NCBI GenBank assembly: GCA_001179505.1
Contig: CDMY01000282.1
Span: 62,001-126,000 of the forward strand
Direction of reading: 5' to 3'
DNA: 64,000 nucleotides
From: Vitrella brassicaformis CCMP3155
Taxonomy: Eukaryota; Protista; Chromerida
In this document: positions 11,947 through 23,708 of the stretch, in pieces
Position numbering within the stretch: the first letter of the stretch is position 1
How the letters are laid out: each line of letters starts with the position of its first letter
The notes under the pieces: generated by a model
Seen by the model: the letters and a program-made list of their open reading frames with translations, nothing else
What the model was told of the DNA's origin: nothing
Databases searched by the model: none
Made by a program: the position numbers and the translations under genes

Positions 11947-14601
11947 GGGGGCGGTGTGTGTGTTGGTATACGCCTTCCAGCCACTGGTAGATGGTTTGTG
12001 CTTCGGGTATGTCTTGGGGGTCGTAGAAGATGATCGTAGAGTGGCTCGTGTTGAGCGACTTGCCAGAAAAGGCACTCACACGCGCACCTGCACCCAGACA
12101 TTAATGCGTGTGTGTGATCTGAATGCATGTCTTGGGAGGGAGTAAGCAACAAGGGCGCGGCGCGTGTGGGCGGCGTGTGTGTGTGTGTGTGTGTGTGCAC
12201 CCTTGATGGCGACCACATGCTGGGCGGTGTTGGGGTCCAGAGCATCCAACTCGCCGCACTGCATCAGACGCGCACACCGAGCCATAGCTATACAGCGTGT
12301 GGTGGAATTCCATCCACCCACACACACACGTGTGTGTGCCTTCCTACCTTGTCCCCCCAGAATGTGATTTCGATCTCGGCCATCGAGTCGTCCACCAGGC
12401 CCACCTTCTGCGTCTGGCGCTCCTCACCTTTCTGCACATCCACACACACACACACGCACACACACTCGACAAGGGAGAGTCTGTCTGTTTGTCTGTCTGA
12501 CATAGTGGCCCACTCGTGGACCCTTCTACTGGCTGGCTGACCCTTGTGGTGATGGTTCTTCGGTCCCCAATGTAGGTGACGGCGGCGACGACGTCCACCG
12601 TGTCGCCATCCTCGCGCTGCGCCAGGTCAGCTATCTTGACAAACTCGAAACTGACACACAAAGGGAGGGAGGGAGGGAGGGAGGGAGAGAGGTGCGTGCG
12701 TGTATGTGTATGTGTGTGTGGGGTGTGCTTACTTGTTCTGCGGTATGTCCTGGTCGTCGTCGACCTCCTCAATCATGGTGCTGGTGTCGAAGGTGATCTC
12801 GTATGGGTGCTTCAACTTGTTGAACCGACTGCACACACACACACACATACAGACACACACACACACACACACATATGCCGCAGTGTAAAGCTGTGTCATT
12901 GAGGCGCCCCTCCCTCCCTCCCTCCCTCCCTCCCTCCCTCCATGGTCGCTCACGTGTTGGTCTGCTTGATGACGCCCCGGCTGACGCGATACACCTGCAC
13001 TCGTCCATCCATCCATCCATCCACACCCTCATGGCTGTGTCCTCTCTTGGGATGTTCCTGGCTGGTCTGCTGACCTTGCCCATCTCGAGCACATTGAAGA
13101 ACCTGTCGGCCGCCGCGCCGAAGAAGGTGCCCTTAATCTCTGACTGCACACACACACGCAGAGAGACAAACAAGGAGGCAGGCAACACACAATCGGTCAG
13201 GCCATGGTCGGCTGGAAAGGTGTGTGTTTGTTGTGCTCCCTCCCTCCCGTACGTACGTCTGCGTCTACAAAGTTGGCGCTGAAGAGTTTGCCGTCGCCGC
13301 GAGCGTTGGTGAAGGACCGCATGTCAGACCTGCATGGCGTGAAGTGAACACACACGCTACACACGGTGAGTCTGCCTGCCCGTGGTTTCCCTGGCTGGCC
13401 AGCCAGTGTGTCCGATCCGCACTTGAGTGAGCACCGGGCCTTGAAGGTCCATCGCTGCTGCCAGGGGTTCAACTCACTGATGCTAACGTATTGCCTGTCA
13501 TGTCACGTACGCAACCAGAGAAGACACACACGCATGAGTGTCCGACACTGCCGGCTGCAATTTGTGTGTGCATGTGTGTGTGCGTGTGTTGCTTACGCGC
13601 CCTGCGAGCGTGCGATCGGCCCGCCGCCCATGTTGCCCTGAAACCCCCCTGAAAACACACACACACACACATCCGTACACCGATCCGATCATTCACCAGA
13701 CCAGCCCAGCATCCCTCCCTCCCATCGATCTCATCCACTCCACCCCGCGACCTACCCCTCTGCGGCCCCCCTCCCCGCCCCCTCGCCCCAGCAGCCATCG
13801 GTGGCCGTCCTGGTCGCCCAACCAGCACCCCCGGACGACCAGGCCCACCACCGCCCATCATCCCGCCCCTCCCGCCCCGCACACCCTGCTGCTGCTGCTG
13901 CTGTTGCTGCTGGTACGGGTTGGCGGCCGCCGCAGCCGCCGGCCGCGGCCGCCCGCCGAACGGATTGCGATGCTGCAGGGGGACGGGCGCAGGTGCGACA
14001 GGGGACGCCGATACGTCCTCGGCGGCCTCCTCCTCCTCCTGCTGCTGCTGGTGGTGGTGGTGGGGTGGCGGGGGTGCTGCGGCCGAGTCTATGGGGTCGG
14101 CGTCGGGTGAGCCTGGGTAGACGGTGTAGCTGCCGAGGATGATTAAGGGCTGCCCTTGGCTGCCGTCCGGACTGGTGAACGAACCCACAATGAAGGAACC
14201 CAGAATGAACAAACGAATACAATACTTGTTGCATGACTGACTCCCTCCCTCCCTCTCTCCCGTGCGTTGCCTACTTGGGTCTGGCTTTGAGGCTGCATTG
14301 CTGGAAGTGCACATAGTCGCCGACGTTGACTTCGCCGAAGTGGGCCAGCGCGTTGTCCGGAATGACCATAGCCCGCGGCTGGGTCTCGCCTTGCCGGGCA
14401 ATCACTTTCAGGCTGACGCGGTGGCCACACACACAACGCAGCACAGCACAGCACAGATCAGCAGGATGGCTGGAGAGAGTTGATGTCGTGTCGTTAGTTG
14501 TACGCTCACAGTGTGACATTCTTGTCCGGCTTGTGTTGTGCCTCGACGACCCTCACGAGGCCCTCCGTGGTCTGCTCGTTGAACCTCGGCACCAACTCCA
14601 T
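10383..14601 (-). CDS. RPA1: Replication protein A 70 kDa subunit; about 17 exons
   Basis: OB-fold exons LNPWQQRWTFKAR, GDGKLFSANFVD, EIKGTFFGAAADRFFNVLEMGK, KHPYEITFD, VDVVAAV, EITFWGDK, VVAIKGARVSAFSGKSL and PEAQTIYQWL. DBD-C zinc motif YYLACPECKRKV...FSCNQCQK, then YILPLHLMDH and MSIRSKMETYNDQTRVK. Confidence 0.95.
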
Positions 14602-15333
14602 CTATGCGGGAGGATGAGATGGGATAAGAGAGAGATGCAGATCAAACCAAACCAGGTCGAATCAACGTCGCTATGCCTCCAGATGCTGCGATGCTAACAT
14701 ATATGCGTCGGCAATGCCCGAGAATGCCTCGCGCGGGGCAGATACACTCATTCTTGCGACAAACGTTCCACTTCTTCAACTTCAATTTTTGAGCGCGCAT
14801 CTGGAATGCATCTGATGTGCAGCTGTACCCCCAACCGTGACGCCAAACGAACGAACTCCAACTGGGGATTCATTCAGAACCTGAAGGGTCCTTCTCGCAC
14901 ACACCGAAAAAGAGAGAGCACGTCTGTCTGTCTGTCTGAGTGTGCGGCACCGTGACGGTGTCGAAACAGGTATGCCATCACAGACACAAAACAAGGTGAC
15001 ACACACCCACCTACGCCACTGGTGTGCCCAGCACGGGGGCTCTCTGTCCCCGGCTCCCTGCCTCCCGCCCGGCCGCCACACAGCAGCGCTAGTTGTGCAT
15101 TTGGCACATGGCAGCAGCGTTAGGGGACACGGAGCATCAAAATGACACACACACGGACAGACACACAGACAGACAGACAGACAGACAGAAATGCACTCAC
15201 TGATTTGATCTCCCCCACGGAAGACGCACACGAGACACACACACACACACACACAAAACCACCTGTGCCTGTGCATCAAGAACATGCGCCACTCATTGTG
15301 CACATCCACAAATTAATTCGCAACCACCCTCCC

Positions 15334-18300
15334 TCACTCAGGCGGCCGCAGGACGTCCCCCGGCCCGGATTGCTCGAAGCCCACATCACAATGGGGTCTC
15401 GGGCTACTTGGCCACGCATCACGAGACGACAGGGGAGTGTCGCCCCTGCGGCTGGATGAATTGCTCGCCGCCCCCTGTCCCTCCTCTCCCTGCTGCTGCT
15501 GCTGCAGGTGCCGCACCGTGGCCTTGCGGATGGCGCACCCATCTCGATCGCACCCGTCGCAGTGAGAGAGATCGAGCTGGGTCTCGCCGTCGCCGCCCTC
15601 ACGGTGCGTCAGCTTCAGCAGACCCCAGGCCGGGTGGGTGGCAGGGAGAGAGGACAGCCCGCCGTTGCCGCCCAGGTGCTTGCCGCTCCGACGGGCCGCG
15701 CACGCAACGGCAGCTGCACACGGACAAAGGAAGACCGCACACACTCACTTACCCGTCCGTCACACACAGTGGCTTGGCTCGTGGCTTCAAGCTGCTCACC
15801 CAAGAGGTACGCCTGCGGTCCACTGGGTAAGGGGAAATCGGAGGGGTCGGATGGCGTGGGTGGCGAGCCGGGCGTCTGCTGGCCTTGGCTCGCGGGGCTG
15901 GTGGGGCCTACGGACGGCGACAGGGTCCTCCGCGGGATCGTCACACGCAGCCGGCTCGCACTGGCGCTGCGCCTCAGCCCCAGACCCCCACCCGGATTGG
16001 GGCGGCGGGGCAGCAGCAGGGAGGTGGCTTGAGACGACGTGTCGATGGGGGTAAGGCGGGGCAGGGTCAGGGGCTCGCGGCACTCGATGGCCTTCCGACG
16101 GCCACGGCGATGTCGAGACGACAGCGGCAGCTCGACAGCCTCGTGGTGGGTGTTGGTGTGGGTGATGTGCGATGATGAGCTGGACGGGCGGGCGCTGCCG
16201 TTGCTGCCGTATAGTGTGGATGGTGTGCTGTAGTGGAGGCTCAGGTTGGGGTCAGACTCGATGCGCTTGGTGTCAAAGGTGGTGGTGGTGTGTGGGGGCC
16301 GAGTGACGCCCTCGTCGCTCACTCGCGCGGGCGTGATAAAGATCGGTGCCGCGTCACTCTGTGGCTGGGTCTCGGTTTGCTGTCTGCCGCCAACCGCGGT
16401 GTCTTTTTCGTCCGATGTGTCGGACTCTGCGTCGCACTCGGGCAGAGTGGAGAATACGGGCGTGTACTCGTGAAGTGAGTCCTTGAGGTGTGCCACATCC
16501 TCCTCCTCGACCCAATTCGACCTGACCGACCACAACACACACACACACACACACAGAGAGAGAGAAGCTGATACGTTGGTTGGTGGCATGGGTGCAATGC
16601 ATTGAGGGCGGGAAGGAAGGGATCGCATGCACACACACATACGCACCCACCCCGCGAATGTGTCGGCCATGGAGTCGATGTTGGCGTTCCAGTAGTTGCT
16701 GTTGCTCCGGAAACTGCGCCTGGTGCACCATACAGGCAAGACAACAGACAGGTGAGCTGAGCTGAGCCACCTTATTCACTCACAGTCCGGCTCGCCTCGC
16801 TTACTTGAGTGCGCCGATACAGCCGAGGTACTTGGCGTGCCGGAAAAAGTAGGCAAAGCACATGCCGTTGGACCTTGAAGCATCCATCGTCCATGTATGT
16901 CGTGACACACACATCCCATGCATCCTTGGGTGTGGTGTTGTCTGTGTGGTGGTGTTTTGATGAGGTGAGTGAGGTGCATGTGTTGTGCTGGTAGGTAGGG
17001 TAGCATACCTACCAGAAAGAGAGTGAATGCTGGATGGCGGCCAGGAACTCTGGATGCTCGAGGTAGTAGCCCGTGAAGACCAGCTTGGAGCAGCCGTGGA
17101 TGAGGGCGTTGAAGTACGCCAGCTGCGTGATGTTGAAGGCAAACATCGTCAGCAGAGAGCGGGAGATGTCCTGCAGGCAGGCACCACACACACCACAGCC
17201 AGCCAACACACGTGTGACACACAGTGATATATGCGCCCCGCCCTCGTTGCGTGTTCAGCCCGCGTTTATACGTACGTATTCATTGACGTCATCCGGTACA
17301 TTCTTCTGGCAGTTGCCGAAGGAGGATGCGATGACGTTGCCAGCGAGCCCCACACTCTGGTAGTCGCCGCCGTAGATGTCGCCGACCAACATGTCGACCT
17401 TGCTGTTGTCGCCCCGCACCCCCATCTTGACTGCATCGGCCGGCAGGTGGGCAGACTCGCACAGCATCCGCGACAGACCCATGAAGGTGCCGCCACCGAT
17501 CGTCGAACCACCCTGCTCACCTCACAACGAACGGAATGCATGCCATGTCAGGCAAACATCAATCAGTGAGTGCATCTCATGGCATGGCCTGGCCAGTCCG
17601 TTCGTCTGTCTGTCTCCCTGCCTCCCTCCCTCCCTCCCTCCCTCTTGTTTGAGCGCTCACCACCCGCACGCTGCGATACGCCGACTCAACCTGTCAGACA
17701 ACACAGACGAGACGCGTGGCGTACCCACCAGTTCGTAAGCAAGTAGGTGCACTGACTGAATGGCTGCGTGTCTGTCTCCGGCTTTGCTTACATAGTGAAA
17801 GGCCACACCGGCCTTGACGTTGACGAGCAGGAAGGGGTAGAAGTTGTCCAGCTCCTCCTGAGTGACCCCCACACTCTCGTAGTCACACGCATCGGCATGG
17901 TCGCTCACGCGACGATGCGACGAGGAGCTGCTGGCGCCACCAATGCTACCGCGATGGTTCCTCCCCGCCAAACACCCCAGCGTATCCACGATCTCGTCAC
18001 CCGCACCATCATCCACCGACACACACCCACTGCCGGCCTCTGCGCCACCACCAGCGTCAGTATCAGCGTCGGCACCAACACTCGGCAGCAGGTCGGAGTT
18101 GATGGACCGGAACGCAGAGGCAGACGGCGACACGTCATCATCCCCCTCGCCAACGGTGGAGAGGAGCTCCTCCTCCAACGAGCAGCTCTTCTTGGCCACA
18201 TTGATGGGCCGGGAGGTCTTGATGAAGCGGAAACATGCGTCCTTGCCCATCACGGCCAGCACGTGCTCGATGCCCTGCAGGATGCACCGCACCTCCCTGT

Positions 18301-18792
18301 GGACCTCAGGCACCGCCCCGAAGTCCTTTCGGATGCACTCCTGAAGGTCCGCCCGCAACGCCCCCGCCCCCGTGCACGACGCACTGGCGCCGTCCACCAG
18401 CTGGGAGCGGAAATACTGCCCGGCGGGCGACTTGAGGAACTCCTGCAGCTCGTCGTAGCGGAAGTCAAAGAAACGGATCTCTCGATGAATCTCGCGCAGG
18501 GCGTCCTTTGCAGAGAGGGGGATGCGCGGCCGGCGCGGTTTGTCGTCGTCTGTGTCTGTGTGTGCATGGCCGCTGATGGGGCTGGGACAACTGGTGTGTG
18601 AGGGTGACGTCGGGCCGCTGCCGATGTCCTCTTCGTCGTCGACCTCGACCTCGTCGATAGGGATGCAGAAGGCGACGCTGGCGATGTACCCACCTGCAAT
18701 GCAAACACAAAGCAAACAGAATGAACAGAGATACTTCTCTGCTGTCTAATCTGCCTTGGCTCACCCATGTCAACTCCAACATGGTTCCCCAT
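15334..18792 (-). CDS. PANK: Type II (fumble-family) pantothenate kinase with degenerate ATP-binding motifs (apicomplexan PanK heterodimer-subunit-like) and a long disordered C-terminus; 3' end uncertain (15615, 15334, or further exons to about 14782)
   Basis: Spliced MGNHVGVDMG|GYIAS (cf. canonical DIGGTLxK), CTGAGA, HREVRCILQG, FYPFLLVNVKAGV (cf. YPYLLVNIGSGVS), RVGGSTIGGGTFMGL, GDNSKVDMLVGDIYGGDY, IASSFG, DISRSLL, NITQLAY and FRHAKYLGCIGAL. Confidence 0.88.
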
Positions 18793-19098
18793 GGGTGGCC
18801 ACGTCTTTCAACCGCCTCTCCACTTCTCTCAGGCAACGATACAGCTACCCACGCGCCTCAGGAAGCCCTCTACGCCTCGTGCCAGGGGTAGTCGGGGAGA
18901 AAGAAAGAAAAAAGCAGTGTTCGAAACCGATTTAAGGACTGAGTCAGCGTCGTGCGTTCTCCTCCTTCCATCTTCACAGGCTGTTGTTGTTTTCTCTGCC
19001 GTCCGCGTGTCTCGTGGATCGTTAGGTTCGCACACGTCCCGGATTCAAAACAGGCTCTTCCTTTCCTCTAACGACCAACAGAGGAAGACACGAGCACC

Positions 19099-22000
19099 AT
19101 GCGGAGCTCATCTGCATCTCGGGCGAGAAGCAAACCGCCAAAGCCAGTCGCCTCCCAACCGCCCTCACAACCAATGTCTCCCGGGGAGAATAAGGGCCTT
19201 TTTGGCTCACTGGGAGGCTTCCTGGGCGGCTCGGGGCGCTCTCGGTCCCAGACTCAGTCGCCACCGCGCACACGAAGCATGCCGGCTGACAAATCAGAGG
19301 CCAGCAAGAGCGGGAGTGGGTCTGACGACCAGGGCAAGAAGGAGGGCGGCAAGGAGAGCGAGACCAAGGGGGTTTTTCAGTGGATGCGGCAGTTGGTGGG
19401 CAGCGGGGAGGAGCGCACTTACGCGGTCGTCAACCTGGGCGCCCACGATGGTGAAGGATTCTACTACTGCAAGGAGCACAAGATGTGGATGGAGCGGGGC
19501 AAGGAAGAGGAGATACTCGCAAAGTATGCCGCCGAAAGGGCACCGCCACCCAAGGCCAAGAAAAAAGGTAACTAACCACACACCCCAACCAAACCGTCTC
19601 TGGCTGGGTACGTCCTTATTTGGGCGATGCATGTATGTGATGTGCTTTGTCCTTTCTCTCTCTCTCTGTGCTGTGTGGTTCAGCTGAAGGAGAGGAAAGC
19701 AAGGAGGGCGAGGGCAGCAAGGAGGCCGCGAGCAAGCCTGCCGAGGTGGCCAAGACTGGGGTGGAAGCTCTTATGGCGGTGCCGCAACACAGACTGCCTT
19801 ACGGCAGAGGGTGAGAACAGAGCGATACAAAGGCAAACCGGAATCATTGACGCCTCATTCATCTGTGCATCCCTCCCATGTGTGTATCTGCCAGCCGCGC
19901 CCCCTATTACGCGGCTACTCCCGGTCTGCCGACGAAGCCGCCAACGGGCGCTGGCACAGGACCACCAAGAGGCGGTCAAACACCACCCATGCCGGTGAGG
20001 AGCAGCCCAGCCACCATACATCCAAGAATGGATCAACCAACGGCCATCTTGCTTACGCTGTCTCTCCGCTTCCTCTCTCTGTTTGACTGACATGTCAGGG
20101 CATGTTTCCAATGGTGACACCGGGTGTGTACAACCCCCCGCCCATCCTCGAAGCAGCAACAGACTCACCCCCACAGGACTCTGCGGGCCTCACCAACGAC
20201 GCGGCACCGGCGAGGCCCCTCACGGAAGGCGGCGAGGAGGTGCCCGACCTATCGCCCAAGGTGGGCCCTCCGATCAAGCCCAGCACCCCCATAGCCCTCA
20301 AGGCCTGGGGCGCAGGCCCGCCAAAGAAGTATCCGTCAACGAGGGACAGGCCCATTCCCCCGCCCCCCACGGGCCTCGCCAATCCTTTCGGCGTCAGCAG
20401 CACCCCGCTCAAGCCACAGGCTGCCCCGACGAGCCCCTTCGGACGCCCGGCGAGCGAGGGAGAGGCCCGGCCCATCCCACCAGCCTCGCCACTGCCGTCG
20501 GCCGTGAGCGCCACGTCCCAGCCGCCTACCAATGCCTTCACGTCCCCTGCGTCAGTCAAGGCATCGCCGGGGGAGTCGCCTGGTGGTGTCGGGTACACAG
20601 ATGTTGAGAACGAGGGCTCGTCTGAGGAAGGCTGGAAGAAGCTGGGTGGGTCAAGTGTGCCCTCTGCTGCCGGTGGTGTCGCTGGTAGTGGGGGTGGGAA
20701 GGACAAGGCGGCCAAGGAGGAGGGCAAGGCGGAGGACGGTTCTTCGCCGGACCACTCGGATCTGGTGGTGCTGAGCAGCCAGCCCGACCACGACCGCTCG
20801 GAGCGGTCTGGGGTGTCGAGCGAGTGGGAGGAGGTGGGCAGCAAGACCACACCCAAGACGGTGTCGCCAATCCACCAGAAGGAGCCGCCCGTCACGCAGC
20901 CACCAGTCGTCCCGCCGGCATTCCCCACCGTCAGGGAAGCCGACGAGCCATCCTCCGTGTCAGTGCCGGGTCTGGACGAGGAGGAGGTCAAGTACGTCTA
21001 CGACCCCGACTTTGACTCACACGAATGGGCCGACGAAGAGGCCGAGGGGTCGGATGACCACCACAATGAGGCCGAGGCCACGGGCGGCCTAGTCCGGACG
21101 CGCCAGCGTGGCGAGGGCAGCCACGTGCACCTGCCGATGCCATCGCCGCCGCGGCGTGGCCAGAGGGACACCTCGAGTGGCATGCTCGTCATCGCTGGGT
21201 CGCCATCCCACCGCGGTCTGATGATGAGGCTGCACGACGAGAGCAAGGCCGCCAGCCCCGACGAGATCTCCCCCGTCTCTAAGGCCAGCCCTCCCGCCGC
21301 CACCCAGTCACCAACTCAGCAGCTGCGCCACCATCGGGCGCCCGAGACGGCCGAGGAGACACCCACTGAAGCACAGAAGGGCTACACCGGCGAGGCAGAG
21401 GCCGAGTCGCCCTCGTCATCGCCGGAACGCCGCGCCGACAGCCGGGGGGCCGCGGCCGCGCCCCAGGAGCAGCAGCAGCAGCAGCCGCCGCCTCAGCAGG
21501 CCGCGTCAGTGGATCTCGACATGGAAGGAGGGGAGCCGGAAGCAGACATGGCCGACGAGGGTGGCGACCAGGGATGGGACATCGATCTGGACCTGGGCTC
21601 GCCCGAGGTCATGCTCCCATCTGGCGAGTCGGAGCAGCGAATGGCGGTCGGTGCCAGCCCCTCGATGCTGCCTGAGGGTGAGCCTGGTGACGAGCCGGAG
21701 GGCGGCAGGCCCCCAACAGGGCACGAACAGGACGGTCGGTTCGGCCAGCCTCAGCTACCGCAGGAGCAGCCGTCTATCACAACACCTCGTGACGATGCAG
21801 TGGCTCTGAAGGTGACGATATCTGGTCCTGCTGGGGAGGCAGGGCAGCTTTCTGGCCGGTCGCCGTCGAGCTTTGGTGCGTCCAGCCCAGCGTCAGAGCC
21901 GATAGGCGAAGCGGCAGCTGCTCCGGCAGCGTCAGCTGGCGAGGAGGGGCCTTACGGGATTGGCATTGCCACAGACGAGGAGCGTGTGTCGGAGAAGGCC

Positions 22001-23674
22001 CCGTCGCAGGCACCATCCTCTCCATCAAGGAAGGCAATACCAGACATGGTGAGCGGGCGAGAGAGAGGACGGGGAGTAACGACACACATACCCTTCCATG
22101 GAACATGTAAGTAACCCTGTTGTATCTGTCTGCCTGTGTCGCACCACAGTCGCGTCCGTTGGAGAGTGAGCCCCACCCCCAGATGTTCAACATCGGCGAT
22201 GAGGCCGAGACGCCTGCCGGGGGCGATGACACCCTCCAGACGCCACCCTGGCTGCGGTCGATGGATGACATCGTGCCACCCGCACATTCACACAGCGGCG
22301 ACCTGGCCAAACACGGCGGTAGGGAGGGGAGGGGAGAGAGGGGTAGCAGGGGGGAGGAAGCATTACAAACAAACAGTGGCCAGCCGACTGACTCGCCCGC
22401 CTGTGTGTTGTGCGTGTGCAGAGCCTGGTCCTCCCTCTGACGAGCTGCCGCCGCCACGCGCCAGCCGAGAGGTAACTAACAGACACACTGATGGAAACAT
22501 CACCGCCCACCGGCAGTCTTTGTCACGTCACTCCTCCGTCTCTTTGCCGTCGTCACAGGTGCAGCTAGAGAAAGAGTTGGAGCGAGTCAAGGCCGAGTAC
22601 CAGGCCCTCCTTGTCGAGAGCCAACGTGCCAGGGACGAAACCATCCGGCTGGCCGACGCCAATGAGGACCTGCAGTCCCGGCTCGACGCCGCAGGCGCCG
22701 AGCAGGACTTGCAGCTGCAGGAGGCCCTCCTCAAGATCACTCAGCTCGAGCAAGACAACACACGCCTGATCCAGGCGGGCGAGGAAGCGGCACGAAAAGA
22801 GCAGGAGATGCAGACACTGCGGGAGGCCCAGGCGGCCCAGGACAAGGATGAAGAGCTGGCGGCACTGCGGAGCGAGCAGGCCGAGAGGGATGCGGCGATT
22901 GAGGCGTTGCGCGGGAGGTCTGCGGCCCAGCAGGAGGAGGTCGACGATCTGACGGGTCGGCTGCAGAAGGAGGAGCGGGTGAGGGCGGCGCTCGAGATGG
23001 AGAGGCAGGGCATTCTGCAGAAATACCGAATGGGGTACCAAATCGAGACTGAGGTGAGTGAGAGCCAACCGCACATAACATACACGCACGCACACACAAC
23101 GACGTTTCTTGTCGTCACTTTTGCTGTGTGCGCCACACACAGGCGCAGCGCAACTGGCGTCTGGGTTATGGGGTGATGGAGCGGAGTGCGGGGACTGACA
23201 ACGAGTGGATCCGCGAGAAGGACAAGGAGATCCGTGATCTCCAGGTGGACATGGCGATCAAAGAGGTGAGGTACGGCAAGGGCTTCGCGCGGGCCATCAA
23301 CGCCATCCGCAAACTCAAATGGCGCATTACCACCATGTACTGGAAGGCATGGAGGTACGCACGCACAGAGCTGGCGGGCCACCGACGAACGAAGACGGGG
23401 CTGATGCAATGCAGATGGGTGTGTGTCTGTGTGTCTGTGTGTCTGTGTGTGTGTGTGTTCAGTGAAGAGATCAAGATGCTGGACAAGAACAAGGCGCTCA
23501 TGAAGGACGTCTGTGAGGTGAGCAGACAGACAGGGAGGGAGAAAGAGAAGCGACGGTGATCCACTGCCTTTCTCCCTCAGCGCAATCTAACCATTTCTGA
23601 GCTCAACCAGCGGATCACCAAGATGGTGTGGGAGAAGCACGACGTCAAGAAGGCACTCATGCAGCAAAAGGTAG

Positions 23675-23708
<34 letters not shown>

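Noticed and set aside
14782-15309. Independent 175-aa gene between RPA1 and PanK
   Set aside because: It is mostly intron-type microsatellite translation. The few exon-like parts are more simply explained as terminal PanK exons or UTR.
20095-20991. Long antisense ORFs (20095-20991, 39507-40400, 62468-63733, 17768-18601 and others)
   Set aside because: They are mirror frames of GC-rich coding exons on the other strand and have no motifs of their own.
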